From a virus (lineage: Duplodnaviria > Caudoviricetes), in the IMG/VR virus record IMGVR_UViG_3300011114_000478, positions 1-52,859 of that record: a DNA stretch of 52,859 bases; one strand, 5' to 3'. A program made the translations under genes and the position numbers. Positions 15,714 through 25,111 of this stretch are shown piece by piece. How positions within the stretch are numbered: position 1 is the first letter of the stretch; each line of letters begins with the position of its first letter. Under the pieces are notes generated by a model. It saw only the letters and a list, made by a program, of their open reading frames with translations. It was not told the DNA's origin and did no database searches.

Positions 15714-18237
15714 GATGCCCATTGACCCTGAATTTGGTCGCAACATAGCAGGGATACCTGATCCCGCAAGTCAGCAAGCTCAAATTACAGAAACACCTGA
15801 CGGTGGTGCTGAAGTTGATTTATTGCAATTTGATAACGACGTAGAAGAGCTTGACGATGGTTCAGCAATCGTTCATCTCGATGAGTATAAAGGTCCAACT
15901 GAAGACGAAGACTTTTACTCTAATCTAGCCGAGACAGTTAATCTTTATGACCTTGAAAAGATTGGTATGCGTTACCTTGATCTTATTAAGAAAGACAAAG
16001 AAGCTCGCGAAAAAAGAGATAAGCAATATGAAGAAGGTATCCGTCGTACAGGTTTAGGTGATGACGCACCAGGCGGTGCGATGTTCTTTGGTGCTTCCAA
16101 AGTCGTTCACCCTGTTATGGCTGAAGCATGCGTAGACTTTGCGGCTTCTGCTATCAAAGAGTTATTTCCGCCTGATGGTCCAACAAGAACAAAAATCTTA
16201 GGTGAATCTACACCTGAGAAAGTAGACGTAGCAGAACGCAAACGTGACTACATGAATTGGCAATTGACAGAGCAAATTGAAGAGTTCAAAGACGAAACAG
16301 AACAGTTGCTCACACAGTTACCGTTAGGTGGTTCACAGTTTATGAAGATGTGGTACGACGAAAAGAAAAAACGTCCGTGCGCAGAGTTTGTTCCTATTGA
16401 CAACATCCTATTGCCATTTGCGTCAGTTAACTTCTATACCGCTCAACGCGTGACAGAAGCACAAGACATTACAGAGTGGGAATTTAAACAACGTATAGAT
16501 CGTGGCTTATATCGTGACATATCATTTATTCGCGCCACAATGGAACCTACAGAAACACATTCTGAAAAAGCATCTAACAAAGTTGAAGGTCGTAAGTACC
16601 AAGACAATGAAGATGGTTTACGCCGTGTCTATCATATCTATACATACCTAGACTTAGAAGAAGATAAAAGAACTAAAGGCGAAACAGCACCATACGTTCT
16701 TATGATTGACGAATTAGATAACGAAGTATTAGGTCTATATAGAAATTGGGAGGAAGGTGATGAAACATTCACGAAATTGGATTGGCTTATTGAATTCAAG
16801 TTTATACCTTGGAGAGGTGCTTATGCAATCGGTCTGCCTCATCTTATTGGTGGGCTTAGTGCTGCTCTCACAGGTGCTCTCCGTGCTCTATTGGACACTG
16901 CTCATATTAATAACTCCGCTACCATGCTTAAACTCAAGGGTGCGAAAATTAGCGGGCAGTCTCAACAAATCGAAGTTACTCAAGTCACTGAAATAGAAGG
17001 TGCACCTGGCGTTGACGACGTTCGTAAGATTGCAATGCCTATGCCATTCAATCAACCATCACCTGTATTGTTCCAATTACTAGGATGGTTAGACAACGCG
17101 GCTAAAGGAGTTGTCTCTACATCCGAAGAGAAAATCAAAGATGTGAATGCCAACGCTCCTGTAGGTACAACACAAGCTTTAATTGAACAAGGTGCAAAAG
17201 TATTCTCATCTATTCATGCAAGACTTCATGATTCACAAAGACGCGTATTGCAAGTACTAGGTCGTATCAATCGTTGGTATCTTGATGAACAGAAGAAAGG
17301 TGACGTAGTTGCAGAGCTTCCTATTGAACGCGAAGACTTTAAACGCAACTCAGACATCGTTCCTGTATCTGATCCGCATATTTTCTCTGAAACACAACGC
17401 ATGGCACAAAACCAAGCAATACTTCAGTTGATGCAAACATACCCACAAGCGTTTGATGTCAACGCTGTATTACAACGCGTACTCAAACAAATGAAAGTAC
17501 CTGGTGTGAACGAGTTAATGCCTAACGCACCGAAACCTGTAGAACAAGATTCTGCAAATGAAAACGCGGCTATGGCTCTTGGTAAACCTGCATTCGCATA
17601 CCCAAGACAAGATCATCTTGCACATATTCAAGCACACTTGAACTTTGCACTTGATCCTAACTTAGGTTCTAACAACTTGATTGCTCCTAAATTTATTCCA
17701 CAAGTATTAGAGCATATCAAGCAACACATGATGCTTTGGTACACAAGTCAAATGCAAGGTTATGTCACAGCTAACCCAAATCTTGAGTTTGAGAAATACG
17801 AAGATAGTAAGTTTGCTAAAGAAATTGACAAGATCATGGCGGTGGCTTCTGATCACGTCAAGCTTGATACACAACAAGTGTTTGCAAAAGTCACACCTTC
17901 ACTACAACAACTTGGTCAAGTGATGGCACAGTTTGCTCCACAACCACAAGTTGATCCTGCTGATCAAGCGTTGTTACAAGCTTCCTTAGCTGAAACACAA
18001 CGTCGCACAGCTCGTGATCAAGGTGATTTAGCGATTGCACAACAAAAACTACAAAACGACATGACGCAAGAAGACAAAGATAGAGAAGTCAAGATTGCAA
18101 TGAATGCCGAAAACAATTTAACAGCCGAAAGATTGAAGACAGCAGAACTTACTGTTGACGAACTTAGGTTGCGTAAAGAGCAGGAGCAGACTGCTATAAA
18201 ACTGCAAGAAGTAACTCAACGTAACTTAGGGAGGTAA
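15706..18237 (+). CDS. Portal protein
   Basis: Size and position; HPVMAEA.VDF, YMNWQL, PVGTT.AL.EQG, Gln-rich helical C-terminus. Confidence 0.88.
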   Translation: MAEMPIDPEFGRNIAGIPDPASQQAQITETPDGGAEVDLLQFDNDVEELDDGSAIVHLDEYKGPTEDEDFYSNLAETVNLYDLEKIGMRYLDLIKKDKEAREKRDKQYEEGIRRTGLGDDAPGGAMFFGASKVVHPVMAEACVDFAASAIKELFPPDGPTRTKILGESTPEKVDVAERKRDYMNWQLTEQIEEFKDETEQLLTQLPLGGSQFMKMWYDEKKKRPCAEFVPIDNILLPFASVNFYTAQRVTEAQDITEWEFKQRIDRGLYRDISFIRATMEPTETHSEKASNKVEGRKYQDNEDGLRRVYHIYTYLDLEEDKRTKGETAPYVLMIDELDNEVLGLYRNWEEGDETFTKLDWLIEFKFIPWRGAYAIGLPHLIGGLSAALTGALRALLDTAHINNSATMLKLKGAKISGQSQQIEVTQVTEIEGAPGVDDVRKIAMPMPFNQPSPVLFQLLGWLDNAAKGVVSTSEEKIKDVNANAPVGTTQALIEQGAKVFSSIHARLHDSQRRVLQVLGRINRWYLDEQKKGDVVAELPIEREDFKRNSDIVPVSDPHIFSETQRMAQNQAILQLMQTYPQAFDVNAVLQRVLKQMKVPGVNELMPNAPKPVEQDSANENAAMALGKPAFAYPRQDHLAHIQAHLNFALDPNLGSNNLIAPKFIPQVLEHIKQHMMLWYTSQMQGYVTANPNLEFEKYEDSKFAKEIDKIMAVASDHVKLDTQQVFAKVTPSLQQLGQVMAQFAPQPQVDPADQALLQASLAETQRRTARDQGDLAIAQQKLQNDMTQEDKDREVKIAMNAENNLTAERLKTAELTVDELRLRKEQEQTAIKLQEVTQRNLGR

Positions 18238-18239
18238 TT

Positions 18240-18416
18240 ATGGCAACAACAGATAAAGATCAAGCAGGTGACTTAGTTAATATGCGTAAGCGTATTAATC
18301 ATGGCGCATGGCTTGATGGTGAGTCTTTAGATGAAAAAGGAAGTGCAACAATGCCGAAAGCTAATAGCGATCACGGCAACTTTGAATCAAGTGCTATCAA
18401 AAAAGATAACGCATGA
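18240..18416 (+). CDS. 58-aa hypothetical protein (not in ORF track)
   Basis: GGAGG RBS; MATTDKDQAG...KDNA*; ATGA overlap. Confidence 0.7.
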   Translation: MATTDKDQAGDLVNMRKRINHGAWLDGESLDEKGSATMPKANSDHGNFESSAIKKDNA

Positions 18417-18601
18417 GGTACGTTTCCGACATTATCGATGCTGTAAAAGCGCGTCAGGTGGAGATAGAAAAGTCATTAGCACAAGGTTATGCGTCTAATT
18501 ACGATTCTTATCAACGCCTTGTCGGAGAGTATGCAGGCTTATCGACTGCGATAGATATTATTAACAATCTTTTAAAAGAAGAGGAAGAAAAAGAACTATG
18601 A
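18413..18601 (+). CDS. Hypothetical head-module protein
   Basis: Coupled at both ends; Y..LVG...GL motif. Confidence 0.75.
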   Translation: MRYVSDIIDAVKARQVEIEKSLAQGYASNYDSYQRLVGEYAGLSTAIDIINNLLKEEEEKEL

Positions 18602-19020
18602 GTGACACACAGGTAGTTGGTAATTCAACTGATGTACAGGAAGCTTTTCCTGTTGTAGACCCTGGTGCTGTACCGTTAGGCGCAAGAATTTTAGTACAAA
18701 TGCGTTTACCAAAGCGAAAAATGACTTCATCAGGAATCATTTTAGCCGCAGAAACAGTGGATACCGAAAAAGCACAGAACCCAATAGGCAAAGTAGTATC
18801 AATAGGTCCATTAGCGTTTAAAAAACGCGACACAATGGAGCCATGGCCTGAAGGTTCGTGGGTGGAAGTGGGCGATTACGTCCGCGTACCACGTTGGACG
18901 GGTGACCGATGGGAAGTTCAAATCAATCAAGATGACGTAGTTCAGTTCATGTTGATGAATGACCATGAGGTTATAGCTAAATTAACATCTAATCCATTAG
19001 AAATGAGGGCATTTGTATGA
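18598..19020 (+). CDS. groES: GroES-like co-chaperonin
   Basis: PLGARILV, TSSGIIL, GKVVSIGP, VGDYV, MNDHEVIA. Confidence 0.88.
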   Translation: MSDTQVVGNSTDVQEAFPVVDPGAVPLGARILVQMRLPKRKMTSSGIILAAETVDTEKAQNPIGKVVSIGPLAFKKRDTMEPWPEGSWVEVGDYVRVPRWTGDRWEVQINQDDVVQFMLMNDHEVIAKLTSNPLEMRAFV

Positions 19021-19997
19021 TTGAAGATAAAGATAAGGAAGAAATTATTGACATTAAGGAAGAAATGGATGGTTCAGCAGTCATTGAACTACCTGAAAGC
19101 ATCCCATCCCCTGATGTTCAAGAAGCAAAAGTAGATGAAGACAGTGATGAAGCAGATGAAAGAGCTCGCGCAAAGGAAATGGCAGAAGGTGGAGAGGTTG
19201 ATCCTGACGCTGAAGCTGTTCGCGAAGCAAAACGTGCTAAACGTCGTGCTCGTAAAGAGTATCACAAGCAAGTTTCTGCTGAAAAAGACACAAAACTTCA
19301 TATGCTCGAGAGACAAAACCAAGAATTATTAGAAAGATTGGCTGTTGTCGAGAAAAAAACACAAGGATCTGAGATTGCACGCATAAATAAAGCGATAGAA
19401 GACCAAGAAGGTCGTATTTTGTATGCAAAACAGAAAATTAAAGAAGCCACAGAGACGGGCAACGGTGATTTACTCACTCAAGCTCAAGAAATGTGGTACG
19501 AAGCTAAGAAAAACTTTGAAGCTTTAGAGGGTTTAAAGAAACAATCCGTTTCTCAACCTCAACATCAGACAATTCAAGCACCTGATCCTATGGTTCAGCG
19601 TTATGCAACAGATTGGATGTCTGAAAATCCTTGGTACGACCCTAATGGTCGCGATCCTGACTCAAAAATAGCGTTAACTATTGACAATGCTATGGCTGAA
19701 GAGGGTTGGAACCCAAAAACACAAGAATATTGGGAAGAACTCGATAATAGACTTGCAAAATATTTACCGCACCGTTATAGTGGTGCAGTAGAAAGTAGCG
19801 TTAATCCATCTACAAAAAGACCTAGAAACATCGTTACAAGTTCAGGTCGGGAAAGCGCGTCGAGTAGTGGTGGTAAAAACACATTTACCTTAACCCCTGA
19901 CCAAGTCAGAGCCATGAAAGATGCAGGTATGTGGGATGATCCCGATAAGAGGGCGAAGATGATTCGTCGTTATGCTAATGAAGCTCGTAACAGATAA
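19017..19997 (+). CDS. Probable capsid scaffolding protein
   Basis: Acidic N-terminus, coiled coil, W..ENPWY, position before capsid genes. Confidence 0.7.
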   Translation: MIEDKDKEEIIDIKEEMDGSAVIELPESIPSPDVQEAKVDEDSDEADERARAKEMAEGGEVDPDAEAVREAKRAKRRARKEYHKQVSAEKDTKLHMLERQNQELLERLAVVEKKTQGSEIARINKAIEDQEGRILYAKQKIKEATETGNGDLLTQAQEMWYEAKKNFEALEGLKKQSVSQPQHQTIQAPDPMVQRYATDWMSENPWYDPNGRDPDSKIALTIDNAMAEEGWNPKTQEYWEELDNRLAKYLPHRYSGAVESSVNPSTKRPRNIVTSSGRESASSSGGKNTFTLTPDQVRAMKDAGMWDDPDKRAKMIRRYANEARNR

Positions 19998-20015
19998 CTA
20001 TAGGAGAAAAATAAA

Positions 20016-20552
20016 ATGGATTCACGTTTAAAAAAATCATTATCAGCAGGTGGACGCGAAAATCGCGCGAGTCATGATTCAGTTCGTGAGGCACCCGAGG
20101 ATACGTTCGTATCGTCCGAAGAACGTCGTAAGATGTGGAAAGATGAATGGACACAAAGCGCACTACCTAACGTCCCTAGTTTGAAGGGGTGGCACTTGTG
20201 TTGGTTGTCAACTACTAATAGTTACGACAGCATCGATAAAAGAATTAGACTAGGTTATCAACCCGTAAAATCGGAAGAGATACCAGGCTTTGAAAATTAT
20301 CGTGTTAAAGCAGGTGACCACGAAGGTTATATCGCGTGTAATGAGATGTTATTGTTCAAGATACCCGAAGATGTGTATCAAGACATTATGACTCATTTCC
20401 ACCACGATGCTCCTCAGGATGAAGTGAACAAAGTTCGCGTTCAATCTGAGCAACAACTTGGCGGTCGCGACAGTAACGGAAAACCCCTAGGTCAAATCGA
20501 AGGTGACGGTATGGATAGTTTAGACAAACCGAAACCTGCGCCTATTTTTTAA
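20016..20552 (+). CDS. Head-module hypothetical protein
   Basis: AGGAG RBS; lies between scaffold and capsid genes. Confidence 0.75.
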   Translation: MDSRLKKSLSAGGRENRASHDSVREAPEDTFVSSEERRKMWKDEWTQSALPNVPSLKGWHLCWLSTTNSYDSIDKRIRLGYQPVKSEEIPGFENYRVKAGDHEGYIACNEMLLFKIPEDVYQDIMTHFHHDAPQDEVNKVRVQSEQQLGGRDSNGKPLGQIEGDGMDSLDKPKPAPIF

Positions 20553-20586
20553 TAGCGTAGATTTATAATTAACTTAGGAGTAATTT

Positions 20587-21165
20587 ATGTCAGCAACATC
20601 AGCTCCGTTTGGTTTACGTCCTGCGTTCCATCCTTCAGGTTTGGATCGTGCTCAAGCACTCGCAGGCGGTATTGCAAGCGGTTACTCATCTGACATTCTT
20701 AAAGGACAACCCGTAAGATACATAGCTGCTTCAGGCAATATTGAGCCTGTTACAGCTACAAGCCAAGCATTTTCAGGTGCTTTTGCGGGTGTAGAATGGA
20801 CAGATACAACAGGTAGACGTCGCGTATCAAACTATTGGCCTGCTAACACAGCATACCAAACAGGTTCATGCGTAGCGTATTTTTATAACGATCCTAACAT
20901 TGTCTATGAGATTCAAGCGGCAGGTTCAATCGCTCAAACAGCTATTGGCACAGACGCAAATCTTTCAAACTTTGCTGCAGGTTCTAACGTAACAGGCTTG
21001 TCACAAGCTACACTTAATGCAACAGTATTAGCAACAGGTGTACAAGGTCAAGTTCAAATTTTAGACATTGCACCATACCCTGACAATGATTGGGGTGACA
21101 ACTTCACAATCGTACGAGTACAAGTAGCACGACGTCAAATCGCTGCTGTTGTACCAGGCATTTAA
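20587..21165 (+). CDS. Probable minor capsid/decoration protein
   Basis: APFGLRP...GAFAGVEW...DPNIVYEIQ; directly upstream of the capsid gene. Confidence 0.7.
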   Translation: MSATSAPFGLRPAFHPSGLDRAQALAGGIASGYSSDILKGQPVRYIAASGNIEPVTATSQAFSGAFAGVEWTDTTGRRRVSNYWPANTAYQTGSCVAYFYNDPNIVYEIQAAGSIAQTAIGTDANLSNFAAGSNVTGLSQATLNATVLATGVQGQVQILDIAPYPDNDWGDNFTIVRVQVARRQIAAVVPGI

Positions 21166-21181
21166 TTAAGGGGAACAAAAC

Positions 21182-22096
21182 ATGGCAGCTCCAATGCGTA
21201 GTACGGACTTCCGCAGTATCGTTGAACCAATCCTTAACGAATGCTTCGATGGAGTCTATGATCAACGTACCGATGAATGGTCACGAGTTTTCCGTGAACA
21301 AGAAGGTATACCAAGAAACTATCATGAAGAACCTGTTCTTTATGGTTTCGGTGCGGCACCACAACTACCTGACGGTACACCTGTAACGTACCAACAAGGT
21401 GGCGTGCTCTTCTTAAAACGCTATGTATACAAAGTATACGGTTTAGCGTTTGCTTTAACGAAAGTTTTAGTTGAAGACGGTGACCATATCCGTATCGGTC
21501 AAGTTTATGCTAGACATTTAGCACAATCATTGATTGAAACAAAAGAAACATTATCAGCTAACGTGCTTAACGTAGCATTTAATGCTTCATACCCTGGTGG
21601 TGACGGCGTTCAATTGAACTCTGCTTCACACCCAATCGTTAACGGTACAGCTTCTAATTTATTAGCAACTGCCGCTAACCTTTCACAAACATCACTTGAA
21701 CAAATGTTAATTCAAATCAGACAAGCTGTTGACAACAACGGCAAGAAGATTCGTTTAGTTCCAAGACAACTCGTAGTTGCTCCTGGTAACATTTTCCAAG
21801 CTGAAGTATTGCTTAAATCTGTTTTAAGATCAGGCACTGCTGACAACGATGTCAACCCAATTAAATCAATTGGCTTGCTCGATGAAGGTGCTGCTGTTCT
21901 TTCACGTTTAACATCTGCTACAGCATGGTGGGTTCAAACTGATGCTCCTGAAGGCATGAAGCTTCTCATGAGACGTAAGTTAGAAAAAACTATGGAAGGC
22001 GACTTCGAAACAGACTCAATGCGTTACAAAGCAACAGAGCGTTACGATGTGGGCTTCACCGATTGGCGTGCTATGTACGGCACACCAGGCGTGTAA
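21182..22096 (+). CDS. Major capsid protein (Mu gpT-like)
   Basis: GGDGVQL.SASHP, LVVAPG, DFETDSMRYKATERY..GFTDWR..YG.PG. Confidence 0.92.
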   Translation: MAAPMRSTDFRSIVEPILNECFDGVYDQRTDEWSRVFREQEGIPRNYHEEPVLYGFGAAPQLPDGTPVTYQQGGVLFLKRYVYKVYGLAFALTKVLVEDGDHIRIGQVYARHLAQSLIETKETLSANVLNVAFNASYPGGDGVQLNSASHPIVNGTASNLLATAANLSQTSLEQMLIQIRQAVDNNGKKIRLVPRQLVVAPGNIFQAEVLLKSVLRSGTADNDVNPIKSIGLLDEGAAVLSRLTSATAWWVQTDAPEGMKLLMRRKLEKTMEGDFETDSMRYKATERYDVGFTDWRAMYGTPGV

Positions 22097-22120
22097 TAGT
22101 TAGTAGTTAGTAGTAAATAT

Positions 22121-22189
22121 CTAGGGTTTCGACTCGTTAGACTGACCTAGCAGACGCATACACGACTAACGAGTCATTTACTTTGTATG
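22121..22189 (+). ncRNA. Pseudoknotted RNA element downstream of the capsid gene (Mu-gpT-DE-like)
   Basis: CTAGG/CCTAG, GACTCGTTAG/CTAACGAGTC and CATACA/TGTATG interleaved helices; family name inferred from position. Confidence 0.7.
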
Positions 22190-22202
22190 AAGGAAAATTA
22201 AC

Positions 22203-22622
22203 ATGGCAAGAACAACATTCAATGGTCCTGTTACCTCGCAGAATGCTTTTATTGAAGGACATCAAGTCACTTCAGCAAATGCTATTAATGCAACAGCGAC
22301 CGCAACAGCAGCACAAGTAGCAACAGGTTATTTAACATCAACATCAGCATCAGCTACTACAATTACATTACCAACAGGCACAGCTTTAGGCAACGCTCTC
22401 GGCGCTGTTAAAGGCACTTGTTTAGATTTATATGTTGATAATACAGGTGGTGCAAGCACTGTAACCATAGCAGTAAATACTAATGCTGTTTTATCATCAG
22501 CGGCTGTTGACACAGCGGCTTCTTTTGGTGATTTAACGATAGCCGCAGGTGCAACAGGTTTAGCAAGATTTACTCTTATGTTTTCTTCTCCAACCGCTTA
22601 TGTGTTTACACGCACAGCTTAA
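22203..22622 (+). CDS. Ala/Thr-rich virion structural protein
   Basis: MARTTFNGPV start, ITLPT motif; follows the capsid gene. Confidence 0.7.
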   Translation: MARTTFNGPVTSQNAFIEGHQVTSANAINATATATAAQVATGYLTSTSASATTITLPTGTALGNALGAVKGTCLDLYVDNTGGASTVTIAVNTNAVLSSAAVDTAASFGDLTIAAGATGLARFTLMFSSPTAYVFTRTA

Positions 22623-22641
22623 TTAATCAAGGGAGAATATA

Positions 22642-23829
22642 ATGGGTCAATTTAAACCGATGGTAAAGATGATGACCACAGAACCAACCGTTGAGCTCAA
22701 ACTCAAAAAAGGTGGTAGTGCTCATAAAAAAATGAAACATGGTGGTGAATCAGGTCACAAACCAATGCAAAAAATGATGGATGGCGGTATTATGGGTGCA
22801 CTTTCAGGTGCTACTCCTGTAATCCGTGGTACAACAGCAGCTCCTGTTGCTCGCGTACCTGCACGTCCTTCAATGGCTTCACGCCGTAGAGCAATGATGG
22901 CTCCAAGACGAGTTATGAAAGAAGGTGGCGAGTCTAAAGCTGTACACGCTTCAGAGATGAAAAAACTTTCTAAAGTTGAAAGTGAATTAAAATCTCACGA
23001 AGGCAAGAAAGCTTCTGAAGCTCACAAAGGTCTCAAAAAAGGCGGTAAATGCTACGCAGAAGGTGGCGTCATCAAGTCAACAAAAGGCGAAACCATGATG
23101 CACACAGCAGAAAAAACTGACAAGTCTCCTGCAAAAACAGGTGATGTAAAGTTAGGTAATGCAGGTGGTTATAAAACAGGTGGCGTAATCAAAGGTAATG
23201 CAGGTGGTTACAAAACAGGTGGTGTAGCTCTTGGTAACGCAGGTGGCTTTAAAAAGGGTGGCGCATCAAAAAAAGCGTATGCTAACGGTGGTAGTGTAAA
23301 TGACGAAGGCAAAGCCGTTAGTATGCCTCAAGGTAACAAAAAGCCTTCAACACCTGTAAGCATTAATAAGCTTTCAGGTACTTTCAAAAAAGGTGGCGAT
23401 GTATCTTCAAAAAAGTTACAAGGCTTCTTTAAGAAAGAAAATGCAACCGCAATGAAAGAAGCCAAAGCTAAGCTATTAGATAAGTATTCTCCTTATCAAA
23501 AAGCAGGCGGTGGACAAGTGAGTGATACAGAGTATGAAGCAGTCATGAAAGCTGAAAAAGCAGGCAAGAAAACTATGATTGATAGCATGAAAAAAATGGG
23601 TAATGTAAGTGATAGCGAAAGAGAAATCGTTCGCAGATCTGTGAGACCTTTAGATGGTCAAGGAGTTGTTACGGAACAAGAAAGAAAAATTATTCGTGAC
23701 GCATCTCCAAAACGCTATCCATCAGGTTTATCTGACACTGACATTGACAAAATCATTAACTCTAAAGAAGTTCAAGAGGGAATGTCTCATTTTGTTGATA
23801 AAAAACGCGGTGGTAAAGTAGGTAAGTAA
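22642..23829 (+). CDS. Lys/Gly-rich low-complexity protein with about 13 x-x-x-G-G motifs
   Basis: LKKGG, MKHGG, MMDGG, MKEGG, YAEGG, YKTGG, FKKGG, YANGG, KKRGG etc. Confidence 0.8.
   Translation: MGQFKPMVKMMTTEPTVELKLKKGGSAHKKMKHGGESGHKPMQKMMDGGIMGALSGATPVIRGTTAAPVARVPARPSMASRRRAMMAPRRVMKEGGESKAVHASEMKKLSKVESELKSHEGKKASEAHKGLKKGGKCYAEGGVIKSTKGETMMHTAEKTDKSPAKTGDVKLGNAGGYKTGGVIKGNAGGYKTGGVALGNAGGFKKGGASKKAYANGGSVNDEGKAVSMPQGNKKPSTPVSINKLSGTFKKGGDVSSKKLQGFFKKENATAMKEAKAKLLDKYSPYQKAGGGQVSDTEYEAVMKAEKAGKKTMIDSMKKMGNVSDSEREIVRRSVRPLDGQGVVTEQERKIIRDASPKRYPSGLSDTDIDKIINSKEVQEGMSHFVDKKRGGKVGK
23155..23262 (+). repeat. Three tandem 39-bp repeats encoding GNAGG(Y/F)K(T/K)GG
   Basis: Copies start at 23155, 23194 and 23233. 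Confidence 0.85.
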
Positions 23830-23832
23830 CTA

Positions 23833-23856
23833 GGATGGGGAGGAAACTCCCCTTCC
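23833..23856 (+). terminator. GC hairpin with GAAA tetraloop; weak terminator or mRNA stabiliser
   Basis: GGGGAG-GAAA-CTCCCC; no immediate U tract. Confidence 0.5.
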
Positions 23857-23877
23857 ACTAATTTTAAAGGATTAAAT

Positions 23878-24159
23878 ATGTCAACATTAACCAATGTGTT
23901 TGCAAAACACGCAGATGCTACAGGAACTATTTACAGTGGCGCAACAAATCTTGGTGGTTATCAAATAAAACCTGGTGGCACCGCAGGAGAAATTGTGCTT
24001 CGTGATGGCGGATCAGGTGGTACTGTATTGCTTACGTTAAACATTACAACTAATACAGCCGTAATTGCAACATTATTACCAGGTAACGGTATTCGTTTCA
24101 ATACAGATATTCATGTAACACTGCCTACAAGTGCGGCTATTACTATTTTCTGTGGATAA
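23878..24159 (+). CDS. Small beta-rich probable structural protein
   Basis: AAGGG RBS; PG.GIRF..DIHV motif. Confidence 0.7.
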   Translation: MSTLTNVFAKHADATGTIYSGATNLGGYQIKPGGTAGEIVLRDGGSGGTVLLTLNITTNTAVIATLLPGNGIRFNTDIHVTLPTSAAITIFCG

Positions 24160-24165
24160 TTAATT

Positions 24166-24420
24166 ATGCCACTCATTAAATCAAAATCAGAAAAAGCTTT
24201 TAAAAAAAATATTTCTACAGAAGTCAAATCAGGCAAACCTGTTAAACAAAGTGTTGCAATTGCATACGCTATAAAACGTGGTGCAAAAAAAGCCGAAGGC
24301 GGATCTCTTAAAGCTGTAGACAAGAATGAAAACCCTGGCCTTGCAAAACTTCCAACTGAAGTCAGAAACAAGATGGGTTACATGAAAAAAGGCGGTATGT
24401 CCAAAAAAGGATGTTGGTAA
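24166..24420 (+). CDS. Small basic protein
   Basis: MPLIK..S.KAF..NI..E...GKP.KQ.VAIAY; carries KAEGG and MKKGG. Confidence 0.75.
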   Translation: MPLIKSKSEKAFKKNISTEVKSGKPVKQSVAIAYAIKRGAKKAEGGSLKAVDKNENPGLAKLPTEVRNKMGYMKKGGMSKKGCW

Positions 24421-24421
24421 C

Positions 24422-24613
24422 ATGGCAGTCAACGCCGCAGGTAATTACACCAAACCTTCTTTAAGAAAGCGTATTGTATCGCAAGTTAAAGCTTCTGCTA
24501 CGCACGGAACTAAAGCAGGTCAATGGTCAGCTCGTAAAGCACAGCTTGTAGCTAAGAAATACAAAGAAGCAGGCGGTGGTTACAAAAAAGACGGTGGCAA
24601 GGTGTCATGGTAG
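24422..24613 (+). CDS. Small basic protein (DUF5872-like)
   Basis: YTKP.LR..I...K......GQWSARKAQL....Y...GGGY. Confidence 0.7.
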   Translation: MAVNAAGNYTKPSLRKRIVSQVKASATHGTKAGQWSARKAQLVAKKYKEAGGGYKKDGGKVSW

Positions 24614-24855
24614 GTTTAGCTAAACCACAACAATCACTCAAAGCATGGGGTGAACAAAAGTGGAGAACTAAATCAGGTAAAAAGTCTAGCGAAACAGGCG
24701 AAAGATATTTGCCTGAAAAAGCAATTAAAGCTCTAAGCCCGCAAGAATATGCATCAACTACAAAGGCTAAAAGAGAAGGTAGGGCAAAAGGTAAGCAATT
24801 TGTTGCTCAACCTAAAAGTATAAAACAAAAAGTAAAATCTTATAGGATGTTTTAA
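24607..24855 (+). CDS. Small basic protein (DUF5872-like)
   Basis: QQSLKAW..QKW.TK.G.....ERYLP.KA. Confidence 0.7.
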   Translation: MVGLAKPQQSLKAWGEQKWRTKSGKKSSETGERYLPEKAIKALSPQEYASTTKAKREGRAKGKQFVAQPKSIKQKVKSYRMF

Positions 24856-24856
24856 T

Positions 24857-25102
24857 ATGGGCGTTAGTTTATCAATAGGTCGCGGTGAAAAATTACCTAC
24901 AAAACAAGGTGCAGGTCTTACCGCTAAAGGTCGCGCTAAACTAAACAGAGAAACAGGATCTAATTTAAAAGCACCACAACCCGAAGGTGGTCCTCGCAAG
25001 AAAAGCTTCTGCGCGCGTATGGCAGGAGTAGTAAGAAACGCAAAAGGTGATGCACCAAGAGCAAAAGCATCTCTAAGACGTTGGAATTGCTCAGGTTGGT
25101 AA
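24857..25102 (+). CDS. Small basic protein (DUF6321-like)
   Basis: GLTAKGR...N..TGSNLKAP...RKKSFCARM...SLRRWNC. Confidence 0.7.
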   Translation: MGVSLSIGRGEKLPTKQGAGLTAKGRAKLNRETGSNLKAPQPEGGPRKKSFCARMAGVVRNAKGDAPRAKASLRRWNCSGW

Positions 25103-25111
25103 AGGAAAAAA

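Noticed and set aside
22094-22116. Capsid stop readthrough or frameshift extension
   Set aside because: TAA is followed by an in-frame TAG and further stops in the other frames; no slippery site
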